A stretch of DNA of 45,624 nt, taken from a virus. Under the pieces are notes generated by a model. The model saw only the letters and a list, made by a program, of their open reading frames with translations. It made no database searches and was not told the DNA's origin. The translations under genes were made by a program, and so were the position numbers. Where the stretch lies: the UHGV virus genome UHGV-0133287, one strand, 5' to 3'. Positions 19,922-28,309 of this stretch are shown here, piece by piece. The first letter of the stretch is position 1. The number at the start of each line of letters is the position of its first letter.

Positions 19922-20478
19922 TTTTTAACCGCCATAACACAACAGGTTAAAGAAAACTGTTTAACTTATTGATACTAAAAGAGAAAAATGACGATCTTTT
20001 TACTCATAAAAAATCACACAAACCAGCATAATCATCTGATTTTATTAAGTTTTTATAAGTAAAAAGGATCTTGATATGGTGTTTTGGTTAAAAGATTGGA
20101 TGTATTTGCATGATTTATAACGATTTTTATCAAAACAGCCTTACATTGGTTAAAGATCTGCGCGTATCTTGATGATCTAAAAGAAAATTCTCTACTTTCT
20201 TTTCACCATCACAAGCACAGCAAAAAATCACGTTTTCCCGATGTTTTTCAATGAGATGAGTAAATTTCTTTTACCGAAACTTTTAACCTAACTTTTTTCA
20301 CGTTTAGCTAGCCGAACATCGGGGTTCGAATGACCCGCATCCAACGCTTTTGGCCAGAAGGACCCAATTCTGCCGGACGATGAAACGATGCTCGTGCTCC
20401 CCCACAGACAGCCAGCGAGCGACGCTACAGAACACAGTGAATACACTCTGCATAACAACACCATCAACCACACGATGA

Positions 20479-21198
20479 TTAACGAGAGAAGGTCTTAGAA
20501 AGAATGTCATCAATAGCCTTTGTGACTTCATCAGCAAACGCATCCTCACCAGCACGCAGCGCCACGCCATGCCAATCAAGACGCTGCGAATAGTTAGGTT
20601 GCTGGATAAACGTAAGGATCAACGTAGGACGCCGCCCAACGCGCTGCCAGACGCCTGGTTGAAGCGGGTTACTTGTACCAGGTCGAACAACAAAAAACTC
20701 CGTAGGCTTGCCCTGACGGCGATTTTGATGCGCATCTCGCTGAACTCTTAGGCCAGATAAGACCTGCTGTAATTGCCCCCGCGAAATATTCCCGTATTTG
20801 TCCAGCTTTGCGCCGGGACCAGGAGCAAGCTGCCAGCCGTTAGGCAAATATCCACCAGCCCTTAGCGCCCCTTCTGAGCGTTTGTACTGTCGTTGGCCAC
20901 CTTCGATTTGCGGAGTCAACGTTACAGGGGCTGGCGTTCCTCCCCATTCACGAGCATACACAATGGCTGTAGGATCACTCTTCTTTGCGGCCAAAACGTA
21001 AGTAGAGTTCTGAATCCACGGCGTGGGCCTGTCAAATACCCGATTAATTTCATTCTTAATCGCAGCCTGAGAAGCCTTTGCCGTTCTGGTTGCCGCAAGC
21101 GCCATTGCGAACGGCAATTCGCGTTCTTCAAGGCGCTGGAGTTGTCGTTGAATATCCTGAGAAGAAAAATCCATCTTTATCTCAATTCTGTCAGCCAC
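20479..21198 (-). CDS. hypothetical protein
   Basis: 239-aa ORF between the ParB-methyltransferase fusion and the 556-bp AT-rich intergenic region; no motif recognised. Confidence 0.35.
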   Translation of the reverse strand: MADRIEIKMDFSSQDIQRQLQRLEERELPFAMALAATRTAKASQAAIKNEINRVFDRPTPWIQNSTYVLAAKKSDPTAIVYAREWGGTPAPVTLTPQIEGGQRQYKRSEGALRAGGYLPNGWQLAPGPGAKLDKYGNISRGQLQQVLSGLRVQRDAHQNRRQGKPTEFFVVRPGTSNPLQPGVWQRVGRRPTLILTFIQQPNYSQRLDWHGVALRAGEDAFADEVTKAIDDILSKTFSR

Positions 21199-21214
21199 CA
21201 GCGCCTCCTACACA

Positions 21215-22594
21215 CTACTTAATCAACGGCCGGAAAGCCGCCAGCACATCATCAGATCGTCCGATTGTTGAACCACCAGGCAACGGCAACTCAAACTCAA
21301 AACGAACAGCTTTCTCCAGACTCGCCCAACTAAGGGAATCATCGTTAATGACGTGCAAATACCAGCTCTTACAGTTGAATATTGACCGCTTAATCCTGAA
21401 ACCATGTACACGACACAACTGCTTCACTTCCTCATCAGAGTGAAACTTCTGGTAAAACCAGTGCCCCTTCCGGTACAACGCGGTAAAACCGTTATGATCA
21501 ATAAAATAAAGCCGGCTTTTGGAACTCGCCGCTTGTGTCTGCTTCAGGACTGTTTCCAGCTCTCCACGGCTACGGCCAGAAAAGAATATTGACCCACCAG
21601 CTTTACACAGCCCTTTCAGAACCGTCAGAACGGACCATTCAGCCTCGACACTATCGACCGAGTTCAAAACGCTATCGCAAATCACGTAGTCGTAACGCCC
21701 TCGCGTTTTTAAGTCGTCCACCAGCGTATCAATCATCCGGTTTGTTGCGGTCCTATCCAGAGTGTTTCCAGCGCCCTTACGGCGGAAAAGCTCAAGATCA
21801 TGCAGGTTATATCCCTTTGCCCTGAGCATTCGCGCGTAGTCTCCCTGACCCGAACCAAAATCAATTCCTCTTGGCGTCTTGGCAATGATCGGGAGGATCA
21901 ACGACTCATACAGGTTTGATTTCAGGCTGCCACCATTACGCAACCGCATAAGCTGCGCATACGTCTGGATGTATGTTGTTTTCTCCAGATGAGAATACTC
22001 AAATACACCATAAGTTTTATTCAGATAACTTTGGTATTTTTCCTTCTCAACATCAGGGATCACAAACACCGTTAGCGGTGTGCGCGTCATCTTCGCTGCT
22101 AATGCATACTGAGCACAGTGAATAACCTCGCCAGACTGCGTAGCAACACAACCACCCCACGGACCATACTTGATAACCAGTTCCGCTATGTTCTTTCGAA
22201 CATATGCCATTTTCGCGCGCATATTGCCTGAGATCTGGCTTGCCGATACCTGAACAAAACCATGCTTATCTTCCAGACCGGACACCCTGCAACGCTCATC
22301 TCCGCTATCAAAATCCGTTCCGTTATGCAGTTGGTTAAACCGTACTTCGTCGTATACCGTCGTTTCACAGGGCAACACATACACCGCAGCACGCGTTATT
22401 CCCAACTTACGTAGCGCCTTCGTCCTTTGGTGTCCCGCCACCAGCAAATCGCCGCGCACTATCAATGGCTTCACAAGCCCCAGCTCCCTGACGCTTTCCG
22501 CCAGCCTCGCAAGATCATCCTCACCGATAAAACGCGGGTTATATTCCGCACCGCGTAGGTGCGTTATGTCGTAATTGAGGTGAAGCATCAGCAC
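21215..22594 (-). CDS. ParB-like N-terminal domain fused to class-I SAM-methyltransferase-like domain
   Basis: 459-aa ORF. N-terminus has LVAGHQRTKALRKLGI (ParB/Srx GxxR motif). C-terminal half has a glycine-rich IDFGSGQGDYA (SAM-binding motif I-like) and YDYVICDSVLNSV. No DPPY/NPPY or PCQ motif seen, so it does not look like a classical DNA amino- or C5-methyltransferase. Confidence 0.55.
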   Translation of the reverse strand: MLMLHLNYDITHLRGAEYNPRFIGEDDLARLAESVRELGLVKPLIVRGDLLVAGHQRTKALRKLGITRAAVYVLPCETTVYDEVRFNQLHNGTDFDSGDERCRVSGLEDKHGFVQVSASQISGNMRAKMAYVRKNIAELVIKYGPWGGCVATQSGEVIHCAQYALAAKMTRTPLTVFVIPDVEKEKYQSYLNKTYGVFEYSHLEKTTYIQTYAQLMRLRNGGSLKSNLYESLILPIIAKTPRGIDFGSGQGDYARMLRAKGYNLHDLELFRRKGAGNTLDRTATNRMIDTLVDDLKTRGRYDYVICDSVLNSVDSVEAEWSVLTVLKGLCKAGGSIFFSGRSRGELETVLKQTQAASSKSRLYFIDHNGFTALYRKGHWFYQKFHSDEEVKQLCRVHGFRIKRSIFNCKSWYLHVINDDSLSWASLEKAVRFEFELPLPGGSTIGRSDDVLAAFRPLIK

Positions 22595-23211
22595 ACCTCC
22601 CCAGCCAGCAATGCGGATACAAATCCGATATAGCTGCCATTATCATCAACATAACGAGATACCGCGCAGTCAAAACGATCCGCTTCCTCATCCGTTGCCG
22701 GGATTTTATGACCTCCAAATGACAGGTACTGAACTTTTACGCCTGATTTGGCCTCATCCTTCTCAAATGGGATATCCATACCCTCTGTGTCATCGTAGAC
22801 CGCCGCACTCAATAAGTTATCCAGTTCGCGCTGAGTAAAACCAATTGAGTCCAGAGCAAAATCATCGGCCGCAAGATCTGCAAGCTCCGCGCTTAACAAC
22901 TCTTCATCCCAACCAGCATTCAGCGGAATACGGTTGTCGGCCAGACGATATGCCTTCTTCTGATTCTCCGTTAGCCCAGCCAGAACAATGCAGGGAACAT
23001 CATCCATCCCCAACTGAGTGGCCGCAGCAATTCGACCATGACCAGCAATTACAACGTTGTTCTCGTCTATCAGGATCGGATTAGTCCATCCGTACTCCTG
23101 TATGCTGGCAACAATCTGATCTACCTGCTCCACGGAGTGTGTGCGAGCGTTCTTTTCATAACCAATCAACACAGAAAGTGGTAAAGAAACCACATTAAGA
23201 TGTTTTGTCAT
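22588..23211 (-). CDS. ParB-like nuclease domain protein (paralog B)
   Basis: 207-aa ORF with IAGHGRIAAA; colinear with paralog A over about 200 aa (roughly half identical by eye); overlaps the downstream fusion gene by 7 bp. Confidence 0.65.
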   Translation of the reverse strand: MTKHLNVVSLPLSVLIGYEKNARTHSVEQVDQIVASIQEYGWTNPILIDENNVVIAGHGRIAAATQLGMDDVPCIVLAGLTENQKKAYRLADNRIPLNAGWDEELLSAELADLAADDFALDSIGFTQRELDNLLSAAVYDDTEGMDIPFEKDEAKSGVKVQYLSFGGHKIPATDEEADRFDCAVSRYVDDNGSYIGFVSALLAGEVC

Positions 23212-23445
23212 GCCGTTTATCCGCTAAAATCCCCTCGCTTGTGCAAGCAAGTGGGCCTCGGTTTGTATCCACGGCACCCTGTGGGTATGAATGACTGTCG
23301 TCAGGTCGCAACTGACGGCGGTCGCCCACCTTCCAGTAATAAAAAAGCCACCAGCATTAACTCCACAGCGAGCTGGAGTTAATGAGGCAGCTTTGGTTTG
23401 CGCATTATCGCAGCCCCTGATAGGCACAAGAGCTGCTGTAATGCG

Positions 23446-23925
23446 TTACGCAGGGATCAAACGGAGGCAGCCGTTATTTACCTCAATACGAGAGTATTCC
23501 GGCTTACCATCAACGATTCCGGTAATGACAAGTTCGCCATCAGACGAGCATTCTTCTTTGTCGTCTTCAAGTACCGCGCCTTCTGGCAAATCAACACAGG
23601 CAAAAACAGGGCAGCCAGGATAACGATCATCTTCCATCGCAATCAGCATCGACTCACCGAACCACTCTGTGGTAGCACGGCCATCAGCCGCCTGATAGTG
23701 AATCAGATACTGGTTTTCGCCATTTGCATACTGAGCACGGGCTTTAACTTCTCCCCATTCGTCACTGATACGCATTGTTACCAGTTGGGATAATTCAAAC
23801 TTAAACGGAACAGCATCTGCACCAATGGCAATCGGTTTATCTTCTTTCTTTTCCATAACATCACCTGAAAATAAAAAGCCCCGCGACACCGCGAGGCTGT
23901 AAGAGTTACTTTCGATAGAAATCAA
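23446..23925 (-). CDS. hypothetical protein
   Basis: 159-aa ORF; an internal Met (MEKKEDKP...) may be the true start. No motif recognised. Confidence 0.3.
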   Translation of the reverse strand: MISIESNSYSLAVSRGFLFSGDVMEKKEDKPIAIGADAVPFKFELSQLVTMRISDEWGEVKARAQYANGENQYLIHYQAADGRATTEWFGESMLIAMEDDRYPGCPVFACVDLPEGAVLEDDKEECSSDGELVITGIVDGKPEYSRIEVNNGCLRLIPA

Positions 23926-24054
23926 GGCGCAATTGCTCCCGCTTACGCCGAAAAGCTCTCTGCGCCACTAAGATGCGCCACAGGACACCAGCGATAACCA
24001 CCAGCGAGATACAAAAACACACGGCCACAACCATCAGAAAAATGCCAACACCAT

Positions 24055-24261
24055 TCATGAAACTATCCATTCTTCAATGAATATCTCCAGTAATGTCAAG
24101 AGATACGCCGTCCCCAGCGCGGTTCCTACCGATATAGCTAAGACAAACCTCAAAGATAACGAGGTGTCTTTCGCTTTTCTCCAGACGTAAGCGCCAGCCA
24201 GAAATACCAACAAATCTCTTATTGGAAGCGGAAACCAGAACAAATCACTCGGCAAGTCCAC
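24055..24261 (-). CDS. hypothetical small membrane protein
   Basis: 68-aa ORF with two hydrophobic stretches. Confidence 0.3.
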   Translation of the reverse strand: MDLPSDLFWFPLPIRDLLVFLAGAYVWRKAKDTSLSLRFVLAISVGTALGTAYLLTLLEIFIEEWIVS

Positions 24262-24263
24262 GG

Positions 24264-24719
24264 TTATATCCTTCCATTCATTTTTATCGGATGACCAGAT
24301 AGCCTTACGCAGTTGAGCTGTAAAGCTCCGGTATCAACTAACTGATCAACTAACATGATTAGAGCTTCATATTCAGAGTGATAGCTAACCTGACGCATTC
24401 GACCGCCGTTGTTCTCCAGAATGTCGGCCACCTTTGCAGCCAACTCGCTTAGACAGGAGAACTTATTCCCATATATCGTTTTATACTCGCGCTTCTGGCA
24501 TTCTTCGGCTTGAGGCTGGTTATCGAGAGCTATCAGCGACCGATGGCTATCAATGAAGTCCACAATCTCATTCAGGCACTCTTTGGCTGCCTCGTCGTGA
24601 CTTTTTCCGTATGCTTCATGGAGGACTTTCATCCTCATCATTGCTCCGTCACACATAATCGAAAGCGCGTAAAGCACATCACTAATCGCCATTTCTTTTT
24701 TGGTGCTTGTCGAAGGCAT
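24264..24719 (-). CDS. hypothetical protein
   Basis: 151-aa ORF packed tightly in the same-strand operon. Confidence 0.3.
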   Translation of the reverse strand: MPSTSTKKEMAISDVLYALSIMCDGAMMRMKVLHEAYGKSHDEAAKECLNEIVDFIDSHRSLIALDNQPQAEECQKREYKTIYGNKFSCLSELAAKVADILENNGGRMRQVSYHSEYEALIMLVDQLVDTGALQLNCVRLSGHPIKMNGRI

Positions 24720-24793
24720 CCCATGTTCTCCTTTGTCTGGATGTAAAAAAGCCCCGGCAATTGCCGAGGCTCGTTGTTCGTTATCGTTACGGT

Positions 24794-24994
24794 TTAATGC
24801 TCGCGTCGTCCGGCGACAACTTCGGATTTGTATTTCAGGTCGCCCAGCAAGAATTGCAGTTTAAGCATCTTTGCCGCCGTGTAGTTCCCTGATTCCACAA
24901 CCTCTTTCATGAGGTCATAAACGGCCGCTACATCATCAGCCAGGAACTCTTTGCGTTGCTGCTCAGTCGCACGTTTGAAGGAAATACGCATCAC
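24794..24994 (-). CDS. hypothetical protein
   Basis: 66-aa ORF overlapping the upstream gene stop by 4 bp. Confidence 0.3.
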   Translation of the reverse strand: MMRISFKRATEQQRKEFLADDVAAVYDLMKEVVESGNYTAAKMLKLQFLLGDLKYKSEVVAGRREH

Positions 24995-25260
24995 TCATCA
25001 TCTCCTGCCGCACATACAACCTCACAAAAAACATCAGCGGAATGTTTCTCCTTGAACGAATGACGCTCAAAACCGCACTCAATATCAGGCGCAAAAACAT
25101 CCACCACATACGGTCTTTCAGAATGTTCGTTTTCCCAACGATAAACCGTAGTGACGTTGAAATGTTTTAACGCTTCACGGAACTCAACGCTGCCCGTCAG
25201 GTTTTTTGAGGTCAGGTATTGCAGGAGGTTTTTTACTACTTCACGGTCTTGTACTTTCAT
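24991..25260 (-). CDS. hypothetical protein (first gene after leader copy A)
   Basis: 89-aa ORF whose ATG follows GGAGATAACCCG at the end of the conserved leader cassette. Confidence 0.35.
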   Translation of the reverse strand: MKVQDREVVKNLLQYLTSKNLTGSVEFREALKHFNVTTVYRWENEHSERPYVVDVFAPDIECGFERHSFKEKHSADVFCEVVCAAGDDE

Positions 25261-25377
25261 CGGGTTATCTCCGGTTTAACCAGGGCGGGTATCGCTCGGT
25301 TTCGGGTATAACCATAGGAAATTTTTTCCCATCCGTAAAGCGCTTTTTATATAAATCTATAATTATATAATTCTATG
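25261..25377 (-). promoter_or_regulatory. conserved promoter/leader cassette, copy A
   Basis: About 115 bp nearly identical to 32437-32557 and 41314-41430. In the minus-strand sense it carries an AT-rich palindromic block (TATATAATTATAGATTTATATAAA), a TTTAC(G/A)-N17-TATGGT promoter-like pair, then a ~45-nt leader ending GGAGATAACCCG-ATG. Confidence 0.5.
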
Positions 25378-25960
25378 CCACTTGCCAGAGAGCATCATGC
25401 AACTGGATACCTCCATTGCACTGGTTGCCCCAGCCATGCCAGCCATCAGGTAAATCACCGCGAGCAAACAGCTCAATACGAGGAACATCACCTAACAGCT
25501 TTACCAGCTTGTCACGGACCACATCAGGCTTCCGAGAATGCTCCAGACGAGGCGATGTAAACGACTGAATGATCCCCGCATCAAGACGGGTCGGCAGTTT
25601 GCCTTTTACCGCAAACAAGCAATCTTCACTGTTTGCACGAGTCATATGCCCCATCCCCATCACCAGCTTATCTGGTTGTCGGCTACCACATTTGTTCCAT
25701 GTGAAGCCCTTCATGGTCATCAGCCTGAATCCCCATGCTTTAACCACCAGCAACGCTTCTTCTGGCTGAGTCGGAACCCACCACATGGCCAACAAACACG
25801 ATTCAGGATTAGCAAGCTGCCAGACAGGAATACGAGCAATCTCCTCAGCTTTCATCGTTGGATACTTAAAACCAGCTCCACGATTCCCATCCTTACACTT
25901 GTCTTTGTATTCCCAGGGGGGATCTGCATAAATCAGATTAAACAATGCAATTGCCTCCAT
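25373..25960 (-). CDS. DNA N6-adenine methyltransferase, MT-A70 family
   Basis: 195-aa ORF with N-terminal LIYADPPWEY (the DPPW catalytic motif). Confidence 0.7.
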   Translation of the reverse strand: MEAIALFNLIYADPPWEYKDKCKDGNRGAGFKYPTMKAEEIARIPVWQLANPESCLLAMWWVPTQPEEALLVVKAWGFRLMTMKGFTWNKCGSRQPDKLVMGMGHMTRANSEDCLFAVKGKLPTRLDAGIIQSFTSPRLEHSRKPDVVRDKLVKLLGDVPRIELFARGDLPDGWHGWGNQCNGGIQLHDALWQVA

Positions 25961-26267
25961 GTTAATTGTGCCTCCGGCGCTTATCTCCGGCAGTCATAAC
26001 GCTGGCCAGCTCTACAGCAAACACAACGAAAAGGGCACTAACCAGACTGATTAATGCCCTTGCCTGTTGTGTGCCGGATATCGCCCGACAACGCTGTTTT
26101 GGTAACACGGCTACAGTTCCGTGCCGCTCCAGCTTTTACCCCTTTGCGGATAACAGGCCCTGCCTGTAACTTAGCCCCACGTTCGCCCGAAATGCGCACT
26201 AGGCACGCATAAAGATGAGCACGAAGAAGTAACTCCACCGCGCTTATCTTTATGTGTGAGAGTGAAT

Positions 26268-26343
26268 TGGTGGCCCCTACCGGATTTGAACCGATGACCG
26301 TGCGATTATGAGTCGCCTGCTCTAACCACTGAGCTAAGGGGCC
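26268..26343 (-). tRNA. tRNA with CAU anticodon (Met or lysidine-type Ile2)
   Basis: 76-nt minus-strand sequence GGCCCCTTAGCTCAGTGGTTAGAGCAGGCGACTCATAATCGCACGGTCATCGGTTCAAATCCGGTAGGGGCCACCA folds by hand into a cloverleaf: 7-bp acceptor stem, GCTC/GAGC D-stem, CUCAUAA anticodon loop, TTCAAAT T-loop, encoded CCA. The 5' half resembles E. coli ileX as I recall it. Confidence 0.8.
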
Positions 26344-26512
26344 ATATTTGATTTGTTTGTCTGGTGTGGCGCCGCGCACGAAAATCCCAGCCAATAAATT
26401 CAGGATTTTTGGGCGCGGCGGCATATCAGACAAACATGGTTGATGCGTGCGCCCATGAGAAAAGCGCATAGAATGTTGTAACTATATATTTATATAATTA
26501 TAGAAATATATA

Positions 26513-26722
26513 TTACTTTGGACAGTTGATTTCCCATGCCCTGTTATGAGCCAGAATATCTTTCTTTGTCTGTCGGTCCATAACATCGATGTCGTGATCA
26601 GTCAGGTAGATGGGCTTTACCCAATCACAGGCGGTATCAACCACCACCGGGACGCTTCCACGACTCCCGCAGCTCGCGATCAACATCGTCATCAGCCATA
26701 TGGTTAACACTCTGCTGTACAT
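26513..26722 (-). CDS. o-spanin (Rz1-like lipoprotein)
   Basis: 69-aa ORF with signal peptide and lipobox LIASC; overlaps the 3' end of the Rz-like gene in another frame. Confidence 0.5.
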   Translation of the reverse strand: MYSRVLTIWLMTMLIASCGSRGSVPVVVDTACDWVKPIYLTDHDIDVMDRQTKKDILAHNRAWEINCPK

Positions 26723-26915
26723 TCCCCACCTCTTTTGTCACTTCTATACGCCGCTCCGCAGTGGCTTTTACGGCGGCTGCATTCTCATTAATGCGCTGCT
26801 TTTCAGCTTCATCTTCGGCCTTTTCTCGCCCCTTCATACGACCAAAACCAAACGCGCCAAATGCAACCAATATAATTGTGCCAATAAATGACAAAACAGC
26901 CTTCAAACCAGTCAT
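26637..26915 (-). CDS. i-spanin (Rz-like)
   Basis: 92-aa ORF with an N-terminal TM helix then a charged coiled-coil-like region; directly downstream of the endolysin. Confidence 0.5.
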   Translation of the reverse strand: MTGLKAVLSFIGTIILVAFGAFGFGRMKGREKAEDEAEKQRINENAAAVKATAERRIEVTKEVGNVQQSVNHMADDDVDRELRESWKRPGGG

Positions 26916-27454
26916 ACCACCACTCGCTCTTTCATCCAGCCGTAGACAAACGACTCATTAGCCTCGCGCTTCTCCGCCAACTCCAGATAGCGTTCGCCCT
27001 GCGTACAGTTCAGCGACGTCAGCATCACCCGTTCGCCGTCTTTTCCCCGATTCCCAAGATAAGCACGCAGCGCATTAATGGTACGTGGACCGATTCGTCC
27101 GTCTGCATCCAAATCGGGATACAGCTTCCCACGCAGGTTGAACACATTCAGCCAGCGTTGAAGCATTTTTGACGCCACTGTTGGCCCCATGTTGACGCCC
27201 GTGTCGCACAGTTCTGCGGCAATATCCGGCGACAGAGTTGCTATCTGGTCAAAACGTGGGCCGTACCAGTAATCAGCCTCAAGGATTTCCAGAGCCTGTT
27301 CGCGAGTTAAATCGCGCATATCGCCACGGTATCCATGAGCACGGGCAGTGTTCTGAGTAATGCCCCACTTTGTTGGGCCTCCCTTGTCGTCAGGGTGATC
27401 CACATAGCCGCCCTCTTTTCCAAGAACGCTGTTAAAAATCTCATCTTTGGTCAT
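26912..27454 (-). CDS. endolysin (GH108-type muramidase with PG-binding domain)
   Basis: 180-aa ORF with LGKEGGYVDHPDDKGGPTKWGIT, matching the GH108 EGGY...DPGG.T.YGIT signature. Confidence 0.7.
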   Translation of the reverse strand: MTKDEIFNSVLGKEGGYVDHPDDKGGPTKWGITQNTARAHGYRGDMRDLTREQALEILEADYWYGPRFDQIATLSPDIAAELCDTGVNMGPTVASKMLQRWLNVFNLRGKLYPDLDADGRIGPRTINALRAYLGNRGKDGERVMLTSLNCTQGERYLELAEKREANESFVYGWMKERVVV

Positions 27455-27773
27455 GATTAAACCCTAATGCGTCAACTATCCGCGCCAGATTGCCCCTGAA
27501 ATACAGAACAACGATGCAGATAATCAGATTTCCAATAACCACCAGCCAGTGGGATTCTTGATAAAGACCGAACACATAACGGAAGGGAACATTGGCGTAT
27601 ACAATGACGTAGATATAAGCCAGAAAGGAAACAAATGGACGATGCCTGGAGTCTTTCCGTCGATAAAGCATCAGCGCCATTACTATTACTGTGCAAAGCA
27701 CCGCATTAATCAGTGCTGACGGGTCACTGCTTACCATTTGAACCCCCTCCACGTAAGCGGGAAAGCATTCCAA
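27441..27773 (-). CDS. membrane protein in lysis cassette (possible holin/antiholin partner)
   Basis: 110-aa ORF with about three hydrophobic helices; overlaps holin 3' end and endolysin 5' end. An internal Met (MVSSDP...) may be the start. Confidence 0.4.
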   Translation of the reverse strand: MECFPAYVEGVQMVSSDPSALINAVLCTVIVMALMLYRRKDSRHRPFVSFLAYIYVIVYANVPFRYVFGLYQESHWLVVIGNLIICIVVLYFRGNLARIVDALGFNHDQR

Positions 27774-28119
27774 AGATGCTACCGAGATCCTGGCTGTTTA
27801 CGAACGTGAGGATTTTAATGGTCAATGCAGCCACAATAACCGCACCAAGCGCATCCAGAGGACGATCGTTGTAGCTGGTCCATTTGGCAAGAAATGAGCC
27901 AACTAACGGCGCTCCAATCACTCCAACAATGAACGATGTAAAGAAATAGCCAATCAGCTTGAGACGGCTAATATTCACCGCTGTAGCAACATAGAAAACA
28001 GCGCCAGCAAATGCCCCGAATACAACGCCGTAATCAATACCAGTTGCAATACCAAAAACGCTGGCACCCATCAGGCCACCAGCAGCAACGGCCGTACCGG
28101 AAATTGGTTCTGCTGACAT
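27724..28119 (-). CDS. holin
   Basis: 131-aa multi-TM Gly/Ala-rich ORF heading the lysis cassette; GAGGA RBS. Confidence 0.55.
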   Translation of the reverse strand: MSAEPISGTAVAAGGLMGASVFGIATGIDYGVVFGAFAGAVFYVATAVNISRLKLIGYFFTSFIVGVIGAPLVGSFLAKWTSYNDRPLDALGAVIVAALTIKILTFVNSQDLGSIFGMLSRLRGGGSNGKQ

Positions 28120-28130
28120 TGAAATCCTCG

Positions 28131-28164
28131 TTAAAAAAAAAGCCCCGCCGAAAAAGGCAGGGCT
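28131..28164 (-). terminator. intrinsic terminator 12 nt upstream of the holin start
   Basis: Minus strand: AGCCCTGCC-TTTTTC-GGCGGGGCT hairpin followed by nine U residues, ending 12 nt before the holin ATG with only an RBS between. Confidence 0.55.
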
Positions 28165-28309
28165 TCATAAAGCAACAAATTACGCGGTAATCGCTTAACG
28201 CAGTTTTACTACGTTAAATGAAACACTACACCCAGTTACCACCTAAAACAAGGTTTCTCCATAAAAAAACCTTCAAAACGTGGTTAATCGATCAATAAAA
28301 AAACAATTC

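Noticed and set aside
20321-20345. tRNA T-loop-like motif GGTTCGAAT in the AT-rich intergenic region
   Set aside because: No acceptor, D or anticodon arms can be drawn around it; at most a relic fragment.
26038-26469. 143-aa minus-strand ORF overlapping the tRNA
   Set aside because: It spans the tRNA gene and its flanking inverted repeat; the tRNA cloverleaf is much better supported than a protein here.
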